A stretch of DNA of 64,000 bases from Utricularia gibba. Taxonomy: Eukaryota; Plantae; Magnoliophyta. Within the stretch, counting starts at the first letter, position 1. Each line of letters starts with the position of its first letter. Location of the stretch: contig CM007989.1 in NCBI GenBank assembly GCA_002189035.1, positions 620,001 to 684,000 on the forward strand, read 5' to 3'. Made by a program: the position numbers and the translations under genes. The notes below the pieces were generated by a model that saw only the letters and a program-made list of their open reading frames with translations, was not told the origin of the DNA and did not search any database. Positions 36,170 to 47,469 of the stretch are shown here, in pieces.

Positions 36170-36888
36170 CTTCGTGGAAGCGTTGAAAATCAGTAGACAC
36201 TCCCCAAAGTTTTCGCCGGGATCATCATAGCAGCACCGTCGCAGCCTCAGTCAGTCGGAGAACAAAAACAGTGGTGCGGATTTTTCCGGCTTAGGAAATC
36301 GCAGGCGGACAAATCATACGGCTGCTGCATAAGAGAAAGCAATTTGGATAATGGCAACTCTCATGGGCCCGGACCAGGCCCAAATGTAGAAATAATGCAG
36401 GTTGCCCAATCCAAAATAACTGAAAACCGCATTTGAATTTGAATTTGCACTTGCATTTGAATTTGGAATTTAAAAATAATTAAAAGGAGGTATAAAATTA
36501 TTGATTTTTTAAAAGTCAAAATATTTTAAATGGTATGCAATCTTCATGGACTTTTTTATTATTTCATTAATTTTAATTAAATAAACATTTCCACGCGCAT
36601 TTTGAAGCCAATTGTCCGCGGGGTCTTCTGTGTGTGGTGAATGGTGATTGGTTGACAGTCTTCACACACTAACACGTACCCATGTGATTGCGTGTCCCGC
36701 TTCATAGCCTTTTAGCCATTTGGCCTTCGAGTTCCTCCTACGGTAGAGGCCGGTAGAAGAATAAATCAGTCGGGGGAAAATTGGGGTTTCTTCTCCGATC
36801 AGGAAAGGAATTTCTTGATAACGGTCGAGTCCCCAATTCTGTTAAATCCTCGATCGCAAGCAAAATCCGTCTTCCCGATAGACCCACC

Positions 36889-38051
36889 ATGCATTTCGTC
36901 AAAAGATTTCTCCTTTTTCTTTGCATTGTTCATTTGGCGTTTTCTGAAGCCACTCTCGATCCCGATTTTTTTCCCGGGGAGATGGTTATTCAGATGAACG
37001 ACCCAAAATTGAAAGAGTTGATTCTAGACCACGGATGTGGAAGTTGGAGGGTGGCTGGGGAGGCCAATAATTTACTTCCTTGGAAGACGATTCCAGAAGA
37101 ATGTATTGATTATGTGAAGAAGTATATGACTGGTACAGGTTATACTCTTGATCTTCAAACGGTTTCCAGGCAGGCTGGATTGTACGCTAGAACCCTTGAT
37201 TTGAGTGGAGATGGTAAACACGCTTGGATCTTTGATGTGGATGAGACCCTGCTTTCCAATCTTCCTTATTATGCTGAACATGGTCATGGGTACGCAGTAC
37301 ACCGTTCTTTCCTGCGAAATTTTTTCTACATTTCCATGCTTCTGATTGCTTAAAATGGATGAGAAACTGATTTCCAGTCTTCCATATTATGCTCAACATG
37401 GTTTGGGTTATGTTGCTGTCCTCTTTGTACATTCTAATGCTTGTCGATTGGATGATACTCTGGTTTCTAACCTTCCATGTTATGCTCATCATGGTTATGG
37501 GTAGGCCCTGATACTCATTCTTGTTGACTGGTAAAAATGCTTGGTTTTTTTTTATGTGGATGAGACTCCAGGTTTCCTTTTTATGCTCATCATGGTTGTG
37601 CGTATGCCCTGCACATTTATAGTTTAATTTTCAGTAAGCTCCATGGGAAGTCATGCTTTGCAGGTTGGAAGTTTTTGATAACATGAAATTTGATGAGTGG
37701 ACTGAAAAGGGGATTGCCCCTGCCATAGAGCCCAGTCTGAAGCTTTATGAGGAGGTTTTGAGGTTAGGACTCAGAGTCATTCTACTGACTGGCCGGAGCG
37801 AACGCCACCGGAACATCACGGTTCAAAATCTATCCCATGCCGGATTCCGGCAGTGGGACAAGCTCCTAATGAGATCCTCAGAGGATGTGGGAAAGAGCGC
37901 AACAAGCTTCAAATCAGAGACGCGGAAGGGTCTCATTGAAGATGGGTATCGCCTCGTGGGAAACTCCGGAGACCAGTGGAGCGACCTGTTGGATTCCTAC
38001 ATGGCGAAACGTTCTTTCAAGCTTCCAAATCCCATGTACTTCATTTCCTGA
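36889..38051 (+). CDS. HAD-IIIB acid phosphatase 1-like, copy A; exons 36889-37289 and 37664-38051
   Basis: Signal peptide, CGSWRVAGEANN, HAD motif I FDVDET, LLTGR, GNSGDQWSDL and FKLPNPMYFI. Confidence 0.93.
37356..37607 (+). repeat. Three degenerate tandem copies of the exon-1 3' end plus donor site, inside intron 1 of acid phosphatase A
   Basis: Copies at ~37356-37408, 37451-37502 and 37530-37603 align to GATGAGACCCTGCTTTCCAATCTTCCTTATTATGCTGAACATGGTCATGG|GT. Each ends in a GT at the equivalent position. Confidence 0.88.
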
Positions 38052-38444
38052 TCATGGCGGCCTGCCTGCCTGCCTTGTCTGAAACACGATGGTCTCTATT
38101 TTCGAGCTTTGTGATTAATTAGTACATTGTAATTAAGGATAATTATATCGTACGGAATTTAGTTTGCGAAATCGAAAAGACGAATTTGCCCCTAGACTTT
38201 GAGGCTTCTGTTTGTTTGTATGTCGCTGATAGATTCTAAACAAATGTCTTTTTCTTTTTTTAATTCATTCGAATGGGCGGCTCTTGGTACTTTTTCTATT
38301 TGTGGTTGGCCACGTTCTCACACAAACACGTACACGTCTGTGTGCGTGTTTTGCTCCGACGCCCACTGACAGCTCCCCTGAGGGAGAAACCTGGCCTCTA
38401 TTTCATTTGTTGAGCCTTTACGCTGAAGTAGTGAATATCGAGAG

Positions 38445-39370
38445 ATGTTTCGATTCCTCCTTCCGGCCGCCATTTTGGCATTCGCCTTCACGGAAGCCGC
38501 CAGGCCGATGATCATTCAGGTTGACGGCGGCGATTCGCATCATTCGGAAGATTCGGATGTTGGTGCGGGGTGTACGAGCTGGAGAGTTGCCGAGGAGGCG
38601 AACAATCTGCTTCCGTGGAGGACGATCCCGCGAGAATGCGCCGATTACGTGAAGCGATATATGACTGGTAAGGAGTATCTTCGCGATCTACAATTGGTTA
38701 ACAGCCAAGCTGCGGCGTACGCCAGGAGTCTGAATCTGAGTGGGGATGGTAGAAGCGTATGGATTTTCGATGTGGACGAGACGTTACTTTCCAATCTTCC
38801 GTACTATGCCAGACATGCTTATGGGTATGCTGCATTGTTACCTTTGAACTCCAGAGGTTCAATTTCATGCTTATAGGCTCCCCCTTCCCGTGGATGCGCA
38901 GGTTGGAGCATTTTAATGCTACAGCATTCGATGAGTGGACTGAATTGGGGGTGGCACCTCCCATCGTCCCCACTTTGGAGCTCTATGAAGAGGTTCTGAG
39001 GTTGGGATTCAAGGTGGTTTTGTTGACGGGCCGAAGCGATACGTACCGGAACATCACAGCTCAGAATCTGCTCCTGGCTGGGTACAAGGACTGGGAGATG
39101 CTCTTGATGAGGTGAGTGAGTGTGTTCTTGATTTCAAATATCCCTACAGAAGTGTGTACCTGAAGTGCTTTTGTTCATCTGTCTGGAAATAGAACTCCTG
39201 ACGAATCAGGAATCTCTGCAACCAGATACAAGTCAAGTAGGAGGAAGGGGTTGATTGATGATGGATACCGTATTCTGGGAAACAGTGGAGATCAGTGGAG
39301 CGATCTGCTTGATTCCTCGATGGCAGACCGTTCTTTCAAGCTTCCAAATCCCATGTATTTCATTTCCTGA
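38445..39370 (+). CDS. HAD-IIIB acid phosphatase 1-like, copy B; exons 38445-38824, 38902-39111 and 39193-39370
   Basis: Signal peptide, CTSWRVAEEANN, FDVDET, LLTGR, GNSGDQWSDL and FKLPNPMYFIS. Tandem paralogue of copy A. Confidence 0.94.
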
Positions 39371-39647
39371 TCAGACAAAATTGTCTGAAACTTTCAAGGG
39401 TCCTTCATATGTTGCATGGAAGATCCCCACTCCCTGATTTGCTTTCTACTGTTGTTTGCATCATGTATCTGAATAAAAATGTGTTTTTGCTTTGATTTCA
39501 ACGTATCCGGCATATGGAAGGTATGGAAGACCTGAAGATCAGAAACATAAAAGTATTCGGACAACACAAGATCAGTAGCAAAACCCCTTCATTAGGGCAG
39601 GTTATTTTCACCTGATCACAAACTGTACAGTGCGGACTCCAGAAAAC

Positions 39648-41844
39648 TCATCTCCAGACAGTCTCATTGGCATCAGTGAAGACAGCGTTGTGATGCTCAA
39701 TCAAACAATGAATGACATCAACCGCATAGTAGTCTACTGCTGTACCATCGTCTTCGAGAGAAATGGAAGACGAGTCATTGAAAATTTCATCTTCATCTGT
39801 ATCAGATAAAGTATGATGTAAGACAAGAGCAAGAAGGTGGCCCGGGAAAAGAACGCATGAAGTGGAACAGAGATATCACCCGCAAGCATTTCCCATGCTC
39901 TGTTGGCAGTGGCAGAATTTGCTTTGGAGTCTTGCTTCCTTGTGCTACTCCAGTACTGCATGTAGTGCTCAGGTCTCTGACCCTGCTGCCACATGATGAG
40001 AGGGGCCATTTCCACGGCCAGGCTTCGCGCATCCATCTGCAGCAAGTGACTTGTGCGTAAGCAGGTTTGTCAAGTAACACAAATCAGACAAAACGGATTA
40101 TGTATGAGACATCTCTTGGCTTCATATGAGAAGCCCTTCTTCATCCTCAAATTAAGTGTTTCGATTTTTCTAGCTCCAACTTCTCAGCAGAAGGAGGAGC
40201 TGCCACAAACATATCTAATGGAATGGCCAAACACACAAACACACTGAAGAGCGGCAGAATGCTTACTTTGTTAAGAACTGATTTTTGGCTAACACGAAGC
40301 AGAAGGGCAGTAACTAATTCCAGTGTCATATAATTTGCAGTGGCAAGCTTCTTGAGAATATTTCTCATTGCAGGGATGTTTGTGTGAGCGTTCCTGATTT
40401 CTGCATACAGCTCAAATGTCGTCAGTGGCTCTGGAAGGCTTGCAATGTAGCACTTAACAAGAGCTGCAACATCCACCGCATTTAGTCCCTCAGGCAGAGA
40501 AGCATTTGGATCTGCACACACCAGGAAAATAAATAATATTGGATATTACAGACACGATGCACAAAACTGTGACAGAGTTAAGTGATACCTTGATTATACA
40601 TGGATACCAGGTGCTGGATAACCTTCAAGTCTCCTTGGGATTTAAACAGTTGCTCAGTGTTCAGTCCTGCATTTTAGTATGCAAAAAATCCTGTCATTAG
40701 GCGTTCACAAATACATAACAAAAAAGAATCTCACTTGGGGTGTAAAACCTGATAATACAAGATAATCTGCGCAGTTCATCAATATTGTAGGAACCTGAAT
40801 GGCGGACTTCTGACGGCGGATGGTACACTCAATGGGGACACCAAATACTGTTATATCCAACAGGAAAACAAAGTTCATTGAAACAAGGACATACCCAACA
40901 GAAAATGCAGGATAAAAGTAATTATGGAAATCATTCATATTATACATATTCTGTGGTCTCCAAGAAGAAATCTTGAAAAAAATAAAAGAGCTAGATGGAG
41001 TTGATCTCACTTCTCTTTGTAAACAGTTAAAAGGAACTAAAAAACATCAATTGTAAAACTTTTTATACAAGAAAATATATATCTTACCATCAGTACTGGC
41101 AACTCCCTGCAGAAACAGGAGAGAATTAGAGAGGATGAGCAAAAAGAAGAATAAAAAGCTCATACATGTTACCTTCTGCCATCTCTCAATGTCGGTCAGG
41201 AGAGACTTGCTCTTTTGTGCAGTTTTCTTGGCGACCTGCGACATAGCGGAAAGCACTAATATGGTAGGCAAAGATGACGCAGAAAAATGTGTGATAAATA
41301 AAGTCTACTACCAGACGGCAGAAAGTGACCACCTATCTCTTTGCCGGGAAATCTATTGATAACGCAAATACCAAATGAGCCTCTAGCATTACCTCTCCAA
41401 CTTTCATCTTTCCCACTGACACCTTATCTTTTGTCTCGGCAAAGCCCTTCCTGAAAATAACTCCTGTGGCAGCTGCAGCTGAAATAAGGTGTTCCTGCAT
41501 AACTTGTTTAGTAGAAGGCTGCTGAAAGACCGCCCACCGGCTTTTCAATGCTGTCCCCACTTTCCCAGCCACATCGGAGACATTAACTTTTGCATCCTTT
41601 GCCACATCGCCAACAAAAGAACCAGCACTCTGTCCAGCTTCCTTGAGTTTAACCCCTGTTTATAAGATTTCTTGATCATTGGAATGGATATTGATCCACA
41701 TGAAAATTACGCTATTTATATGTACACAAAGACGATAAACAGAAGGCATTCAAAGAAGCAACAAAAAATCTTCCATAAAGCACCTGAGGTTTGGAAGAAA
41801 CCACTAGCCTTCTCTTGCCACTGAGGCGAAACAGCTGACGGCAT
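39648..41844 (-). CDS. RhoGAP-domain protein (At5g61530-like), multi-exon
   Basis: MPSAVSPQWQEKASGFF...VFGVPIECTIRRQ...VPTILMNCADYLVLS|GLNTEQLFK...DVAALVKCYIASLPEPLTTFELY...NK|MDARSLAVEMAP...LIEHHNAVFTDANETVWR*. Confidence 0.9.
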
Positions 41845-42660
41845 TCTTTGTCCCAGAACACGGGCTTTTGGGTGCAGTGTAGAATTAAAGAAACCGGCTT
41901 CCAATTTTGATACACAACACGAACTAAAAATTCAAAGAAAAAAAACCATCAGAATCATATATACCAAGATCAAATTTTAGTCAATACAAGAAAAACCCCG
42001 CTATGGAGGGAAGAAATATGAACACTCCGTCTTCTAATTGAAAGAATCACCGATTCTTAGATCGAGCTAAATAAGCCGAAACAATACTAAAATGTGGGAA
42101 AAAGAATCCAGACCAATCAGAATCTTGATATCTTCAAATTCTTTCTGAACATTAAGAAACTAGGATGCGATACTAAACAGACCACAAACACAAAAGCTTT
42201 GACAAATAAATACTAGAAAATAGAAAACCGTCGAATTGAGAGCGTCCTTCGAAATCAAAACAACCCTAATATCATATTTACCAAGGCCTGCAGACAAAAG
42301 AACTTGGGGATCCCCGAATTTGCTCCTATATGCGCGACTGAGTTCTTCCCCTAGACGAACAAGTCAAAGGACGAACAACAGAACAAGGTAAGAGAGATAC
42401 GAATCGGGGACAAAACCGGCATTTCCAATTCACTTAAAACACCCACTGTAGGAGCATGGCGGCAGACAAGGGGTATTTTGGGAATTACACGCTTTTCAAA
42501 CGAACTACCAATAGCAGACTGGAGAGTTACTAACGAATTTGTTGATTTCGTTTTCCTGTTCTCGTGACCGGCCGGCCGTCCGCCGTTTTAATTCAAACAA
42601 CATTTGAATGAACCAGTAGTTTCTTGAAGTTCCAACTCAAAGAGGGAGAATCGATTTAAA

Positions 42661-44213
42661 ATGCCATCAGAAGAGAGTGTAAATGGAAGTCCAGCTCGTG
42701 GTGGTGATCAAGAAGTTCCTGATACTGATAGATCAGCTGATGAAAGTGATAATGAATCTCCAGAAGAAGATGATCAAGCGGTTCCCCATACTTTTTTACA
42801 CACTGATGAGGATGCAACTGAAGATACCGAAGATGACTATCAAGAAAATAGCGATAATGGCGGAAATTTTTCTCCAGAAGAAGATGATCAAGCGGTTCCC
42901 GATACTTTTTCACACACTGATGAGGATGCAACTGAAGATACGGAAGATGACTATCAAGGAAATAGCGATAATGGCGGCAATTCTTTTCCAGAAGAAGATG
43001 ATCAAGCGGTTCCCGATACTTTTTCATGCACTGATGAGGGTGCAACTGAAGAGACCGAAGATGACTATCAAGAAAATAGCGATAATGGCGGAAATTTTTC
43101 TCCAGAAGAAGATGATCAAGCGGTTCCCGATACTTTTTCACACACTGATGAGGATGCAACTGAAGATACGGAAGATGACTATCAAGGAAATAGCGATAAT
43201 GGCGGCAATTCTTTTCCAGAAGAAGATGATCAAGCGGTTCCCGATACTTTTTCATGCACTGATGAGGGTGCAACTGAAGAGACCGAAGATGACTATCAAG
43301 AAAATAGCGATAATGGCGGAAATTTTTCTCCAGAAGAAGATGATCAAGCGGTTCCCGATACTTTTTCACACACTGATGAGGGTGCAACTGAAGAGACCGA
43401 AGATGACTATCAAGAAAATAGCGATAATTGCGGCAATTCTTCTCCAGAAGAAGATGATCAAGCGGTTCCCGATACTTTTTCACACACTGATGAGGGTGCA
43501 AATGAAGATACCGAAGATGACTATCAAGAAAATAGCGATAATGGCGGCAATTCTGATGAGACTGCAACCGGAAATACTCAAGATGATCGAGAAGTTCCAG
43601 AAAACAACTCTGCAACTGGAAATAGTCAAGATGATCAAGGAGTTTCAGAAAATAACTCCAATTCGCGCTCTGAAAGAACTTCATCCAGGGGGGTGTAGAA
43701 ATGGGTCCAAGAGAATATCTTCTTGCTTGGACTTTGGTTCAAATGAGGGAGGGTAGATTTGAAACCTTGCCTGCTTCCGGATCCATGACTGGAGAAGATG
43801 ATGATGCTAGAATTCAAGGAGATGGAGATAAAGGGAAAGGCAAAGTCACCTGCAACGCTGCGTCTGTTTCTGGATTTGAGAATGATGATGATGATTCTAG
43901 GAATCAAGAAGATGGGGATGCAAAGAGACGCAAATTTATTTGCAGCACAGACTCTGCTTCTGAACCCAAGAATGGTGATTGTGATTCTGAGGATCATGGA
44001 GATGGAGATGCAGCAGGGGAAGGTTCGAAACACAAAGTTTCTTGCAACACAATATCTGCTTCTAAATCAAAGAATGGTGAGGATGGGGATACTGTGGAAG
44101 GTTCAAGCATATACTTGTGCGAGATATGCAACATGGAACTGCTGGAAAATGAGTATCGTGAGCATCTTCAAATGGGAACCTGCAAAACCAGTAACCCAAA
44201 CTCTGGAGATTGA
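42661..44213 (+). CDS. Orphan acidic tandem-repeat protein, probably one ~517-aa ORF split by a 1-base deletion in the G6 run at 43688-43693; C-terminal C2HC-like finger
   Basis: 345-aa D/E-rich ORF (42661-43698) followed after 2 nt by a 170-aa D/G-rich ORF (43701-44213). One added G gives ...TSSRGGVEMGPREY... No recognisable homologue. Confidence 0.6.
42760..43557 (+). repeat. Coding minisatellite: 7 x 114 bp (38 aa)
   Basis: The unit anchor CCAGAAGAAGATGATCAAGCGGTTCC occurs at 42760, 42874, 42988, 43102, 43216, 43330 and 43444, exactly 114 bp apart. Confidence 0.97.
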
Positions 44214-44489
44214 AAATTTGCGACAAACAAGAATCCTTCATGGTGGATGTTGCACTAGAAAATAACTGAGAAAAAAACTAAAACTTGGTGAACCTGTGGT
44301 TGGAGATGTTTTCTAGCTCCAGAAAAAGTCTGGGATCTCATTAACAAAGACATGTATAGTCTAGCGTAAAATCGGCTTCCAATCATAGCTGAAGCAGGGA
44401 AAAACTCTCACCGTAACTAAAACTGTGAGAAGTGAACTTAGCTAAATAATGGCAATGAACTAAGCGTACATCAAAGGAGAGGAAGCAAC

Positions 44490-45310
44490 TCAAGGTTGAA
44501 GTTTGTCTAAGAAGGTTGATCACACAACCACCAGTAGCTTGTTCACGATACCGAGGACAGCGAATCCAGTGGCGGAGATGGCTCTGCGGCAAAAGCATCC
44601 AAAGAATGAGATAACCAAACTGAACAGCCATGAGAATCCACGCAAGATGACAGCTAACGAGTACCAATAGGATTCATCTGAAATCACATGCTCAGTCTTT
44701 TTGAGTTCCCACATTACTGGAAACTCCAAAGGAAACAGCAGCCAAGCCTCAATATTGTCATACAACACAAGGCCCCATGTGTTGAAAATGATTGCCATCA
44801 CCACGTGCTTTATGTAAACAAAATCGATCGACATGCCCACCGACTGTGGTAAAGCCCAGCTGTAAGCAGTCAGAATGAACTGATAATCAGTTAACACACA
44901 GAGTACACCACCAGCAAATTGGTTCCAAGTGAAACCATGTCTTCACCGCTGGCCAAGGCTGCTGTGGGAAGATGGATCCTCCCGTAACATGCATCGGGAC
45001 AGCTTCCAGAAAAACAATGAAAGTGTCGACGTTTGCATGAAGCAGTACCTCACTGTGGTAATAAGAGACAGTTAGAAGGTTGTTGTAGCAGGAAAAAACA
45101 CCAAGAAGACTGGTGAAGCACTGCAATTGCGTTCAAAGTCCAGGGTATGGAATATTTTTCACTTCCCATTGTTGATAATTGAGAGTAACGAAGAAGAAAT
45201 GCATTATCAGAAGCAATCCCATATACTGAAGTTTTCTGGGAGGAAACTGCTACACCGAAACTTTGGAAGTTCGGCTGCGGATGCAGAAGCGTTTGACTGA
45301 GTTTCATCCA
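44490..45310 (-). pseudogene. GONST3: GONST3/GGLT1-like nucleotide-sugar transporter pseudogene
   Basis: Fragments in several frames: SVYGIA...CISSSLLSIIN, PYPG..LQCFTS, LLHANVDTFIVF, QPWPAVKTW, LTDYQFILTAYSWAL, IDFVYIKHVVM, NTWGLVLYDN and ISFFG..CRRAISATGFAVLGIVNKLL. There are several indels, substitution stops, an internal deletion of the ~20-codon HDPLDL segment and loss of the C-terminus. Confidence 0.85.
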
Positions 45311-46398
45311 AGTTTCTATCGCTGGATTAACCAGAAAAAAGGATCAATATGGCAGTAATTCTTTCAAATGCAAGTATGCGTGAAAAAAATCTGGATTCTA
45401 ACAACAATTCATCAGGGAAACAAGAAAACTCACCCAAATTCAGTGATCATAAAATCCAACATATCTCCGATTGATCCTTATCGAAGAGTAAAACAGGCAG
45501 ATAGCAAAAAAAAAGTATCCAGCAAACTGTTCCAGCCAACACCGTGTGTGAGAATTGAGTTCCGAAGAACAGTAAGTTGAAAAGTCCCTCTACACTAGAA
45601 ACTAAGTAGCTTTCCGGCTCCAGAGGCCTTCCATCAAGAACTTATACGCCGACGTCTGAGGCATGCTAAATGCAGCTACACAAATCAATGGATTTCAGCA
45701 GCAAAATGAGTAAGAATATCAACTTCGCTTAGCATGATTTCGCTGTTCGCAGCACGCCGCGCGATCATGACCGGCACGCTTCTCAGCCCGGAGTCGCAAA
45801 GGTGCACAACTGCTCCCTTTGGACCTTAAACCCCTCTCGTAGACCGACGATCCGTAAAATAACAAGAAACAATTAAATTGGACTAAATATGCTAATTATT
45901 CATTTATATCAATTTAAATCATAAAATATATTAATTATTTGTATTCATTTACATTAATGACTTATAAATTGCAATTTAATTCATAAATGGGAAGCTAATG
46001 TGGCTCTGGTGTCCACATTAGGCCACAACAACAAAAGGACCTACCTCTCAGCAAAGGGGCAAATCTATCCATAAATTCCTTTTCGGGTCGGGTCAGGATC
46101 CGATCCATGTGATTGTGAAATCAACCCCACAGTAATTGCCATAGCTAGCGATGGTTGGTACCATGAGACATTGACCGGCTTCTAACTTCATAAATATGAT
46201 GCCTCATTAAAAGTGGTACATCCCATCCCACTCTATGTGTACGTATGTATTAATCAAATTAAATTTAAAATAATTTGTTTGAAATTTTAGTATTATCTTT
46301 CTAAAATAGATGAAGTGAAAGGTGGAGCTTCTTTTATATATATATATTTTTAATTAACGAGTTTTTAATAAATGTTTAGCGGATTTGCGGGCGGAGCT

Positions 46399-47469
46399 TC
46401 ACGGCGGAACTCCGTACAGATCAAATGGAGCCCAAAGGTGGTCAAGAGGGCACGGCAGCTTGGCATCGAGACGTCGCCATGGCTTGCCGCTGCCGCTCCA
46501 GTGGAGGAGGCTGACGCCGCCCGGATGGAGGCTGCGACAGCTCCCATTCACATTGTCGCCGCCGAGGCCGTGCTGATTCCACCGGTGATCGATTGGGGTG
46601 ATGGCGCCGGCGAAAACCAGCAGATAGGGCGGCAGAGAGCCCAACTCGTAGATCCGGGCTGCGCTCTTCTTCTGTATCTGCATCCACATCTCGATGCGGC
46701 GCGTGTACCCGAACCGCCGCCACTTGTTTAGGTCAACCAACATGACTCCGGTGTTGAAATAGCATAGTTTCCGGCCGGAGAGCACACTGCGGAACCGTGA
46801 TTCGGACCAGAAATAGTCGGTGAAGTATTTGGTGAAGTTTGCGTTGCAATATTCCGGTGCAGCAATGGTTCGTCCCGCCATGGATGTGTTCCAAAGCTTC
46901 CAGATATCATCAACGACGACGATATCAGAATCGAAGTAAATCACTCTGTTCACGCAAATTTCCAGAAGATCGCTAAGATAATTTCGCGCATAATTCAATG
47001 GCTGTTCAAGAGCTTGACGAACAGATCTCGAAATCAAACGGCGAACCCTCTCAGGGTCGAAGTAATACGCTCTGAACTTCAATTCCGGAAACGTAGATCG
47101 GATCAGCGACTCCATTTTCGTCTCAGATACCAGGAAGTGAAAGAAGACATTCTCCGGGCACCTCGAATATTGCAGTATCGAATTGACGGCGGCAATTGAG
47201 CCACGGAGGTACTCCAAATCGAGAGTAATCGCTACATGAACCAACGATGGATCACAGACACCGCGACTCGACTGCCAGCAATCGCCAGCATTGCGAAATC
47301 GCCGCGCGATTCGGTAGGGCAACTCGCCGGACAGCGGCAATCGATGAATCAGATCATTCTGCGAAGGTCCAATCGATTCCGCCGACGGAAACGACTGTAG
47401 AGACGGCGAAAGGACAACCATCACCATCGCAGCTAGCAAAACCCAAGAAAAACTCAATACCCAAAACAT
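46399..47469 (-). CDS. Galacturonosyltransferase-like protein (GT8, GATL), intronless
   Basis: MFWVLSFS...LSPSLQSFP, VHVAITLD..YLRGSIAAV, ALEQPLNYARNYL, DxD (YFDSD), CYFNTGV, ELGSLPPYLLVFAG, HRWNQHGLGGDN and SLLHWSGSGKPW. First ATG is 47469; the ORF track starts at a TTG. Confidence 0.95.
   Translation of the reverse strand: MFWVLSFSWVLLAAMVMVVLSPSLQSFPSAESIGPSQNDLIHRLPLSGELPYRIARRFRNAGDCWQSSRGVCDPSLVHVAITLDLEYLRGSIAAVNSILQYSRCPENVFFHFLVSETKMESLIRSTFPELKFRAYYFDPERVRRLISRSVRQALEQPLNYARNYLSDLLEICVNRVIYFDSDIVVVDDIWKLWNTSMAGRTIAAPEYCNANFTKYFTDYFWSESRFRSVLSGRKLCYFNTGVMLVDLNKWRRFGYTRRIEMWMQIQKKSAARIYELGSLPPYLLVFAGAITPIDHRWNQHGLGGDNVNGSCRSLHPGGVSLLHWSGSGKPWRRLDAKLPCPLDHLWAPFDLYGVPP

Noticed and set aside
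40560-40680. RhoGAP domain with Lys in place of the arginine finger (QLFK)
   Set aside because: As I recall, this is shared by the At5g61530-like plant subfamily, so it is not specific to this locus.
42656-43756. Two further long ORFs over the repeat array (+ 42683-43756, 357 aa; - 42656-43684, 342 aa)
   Set aside because: A 114-bp unit lacking stops in those frames automatically gives long ORFs. They begin and end with the array. The acidic frame has the better-placed ATG and continues into non-repetitive sequence.
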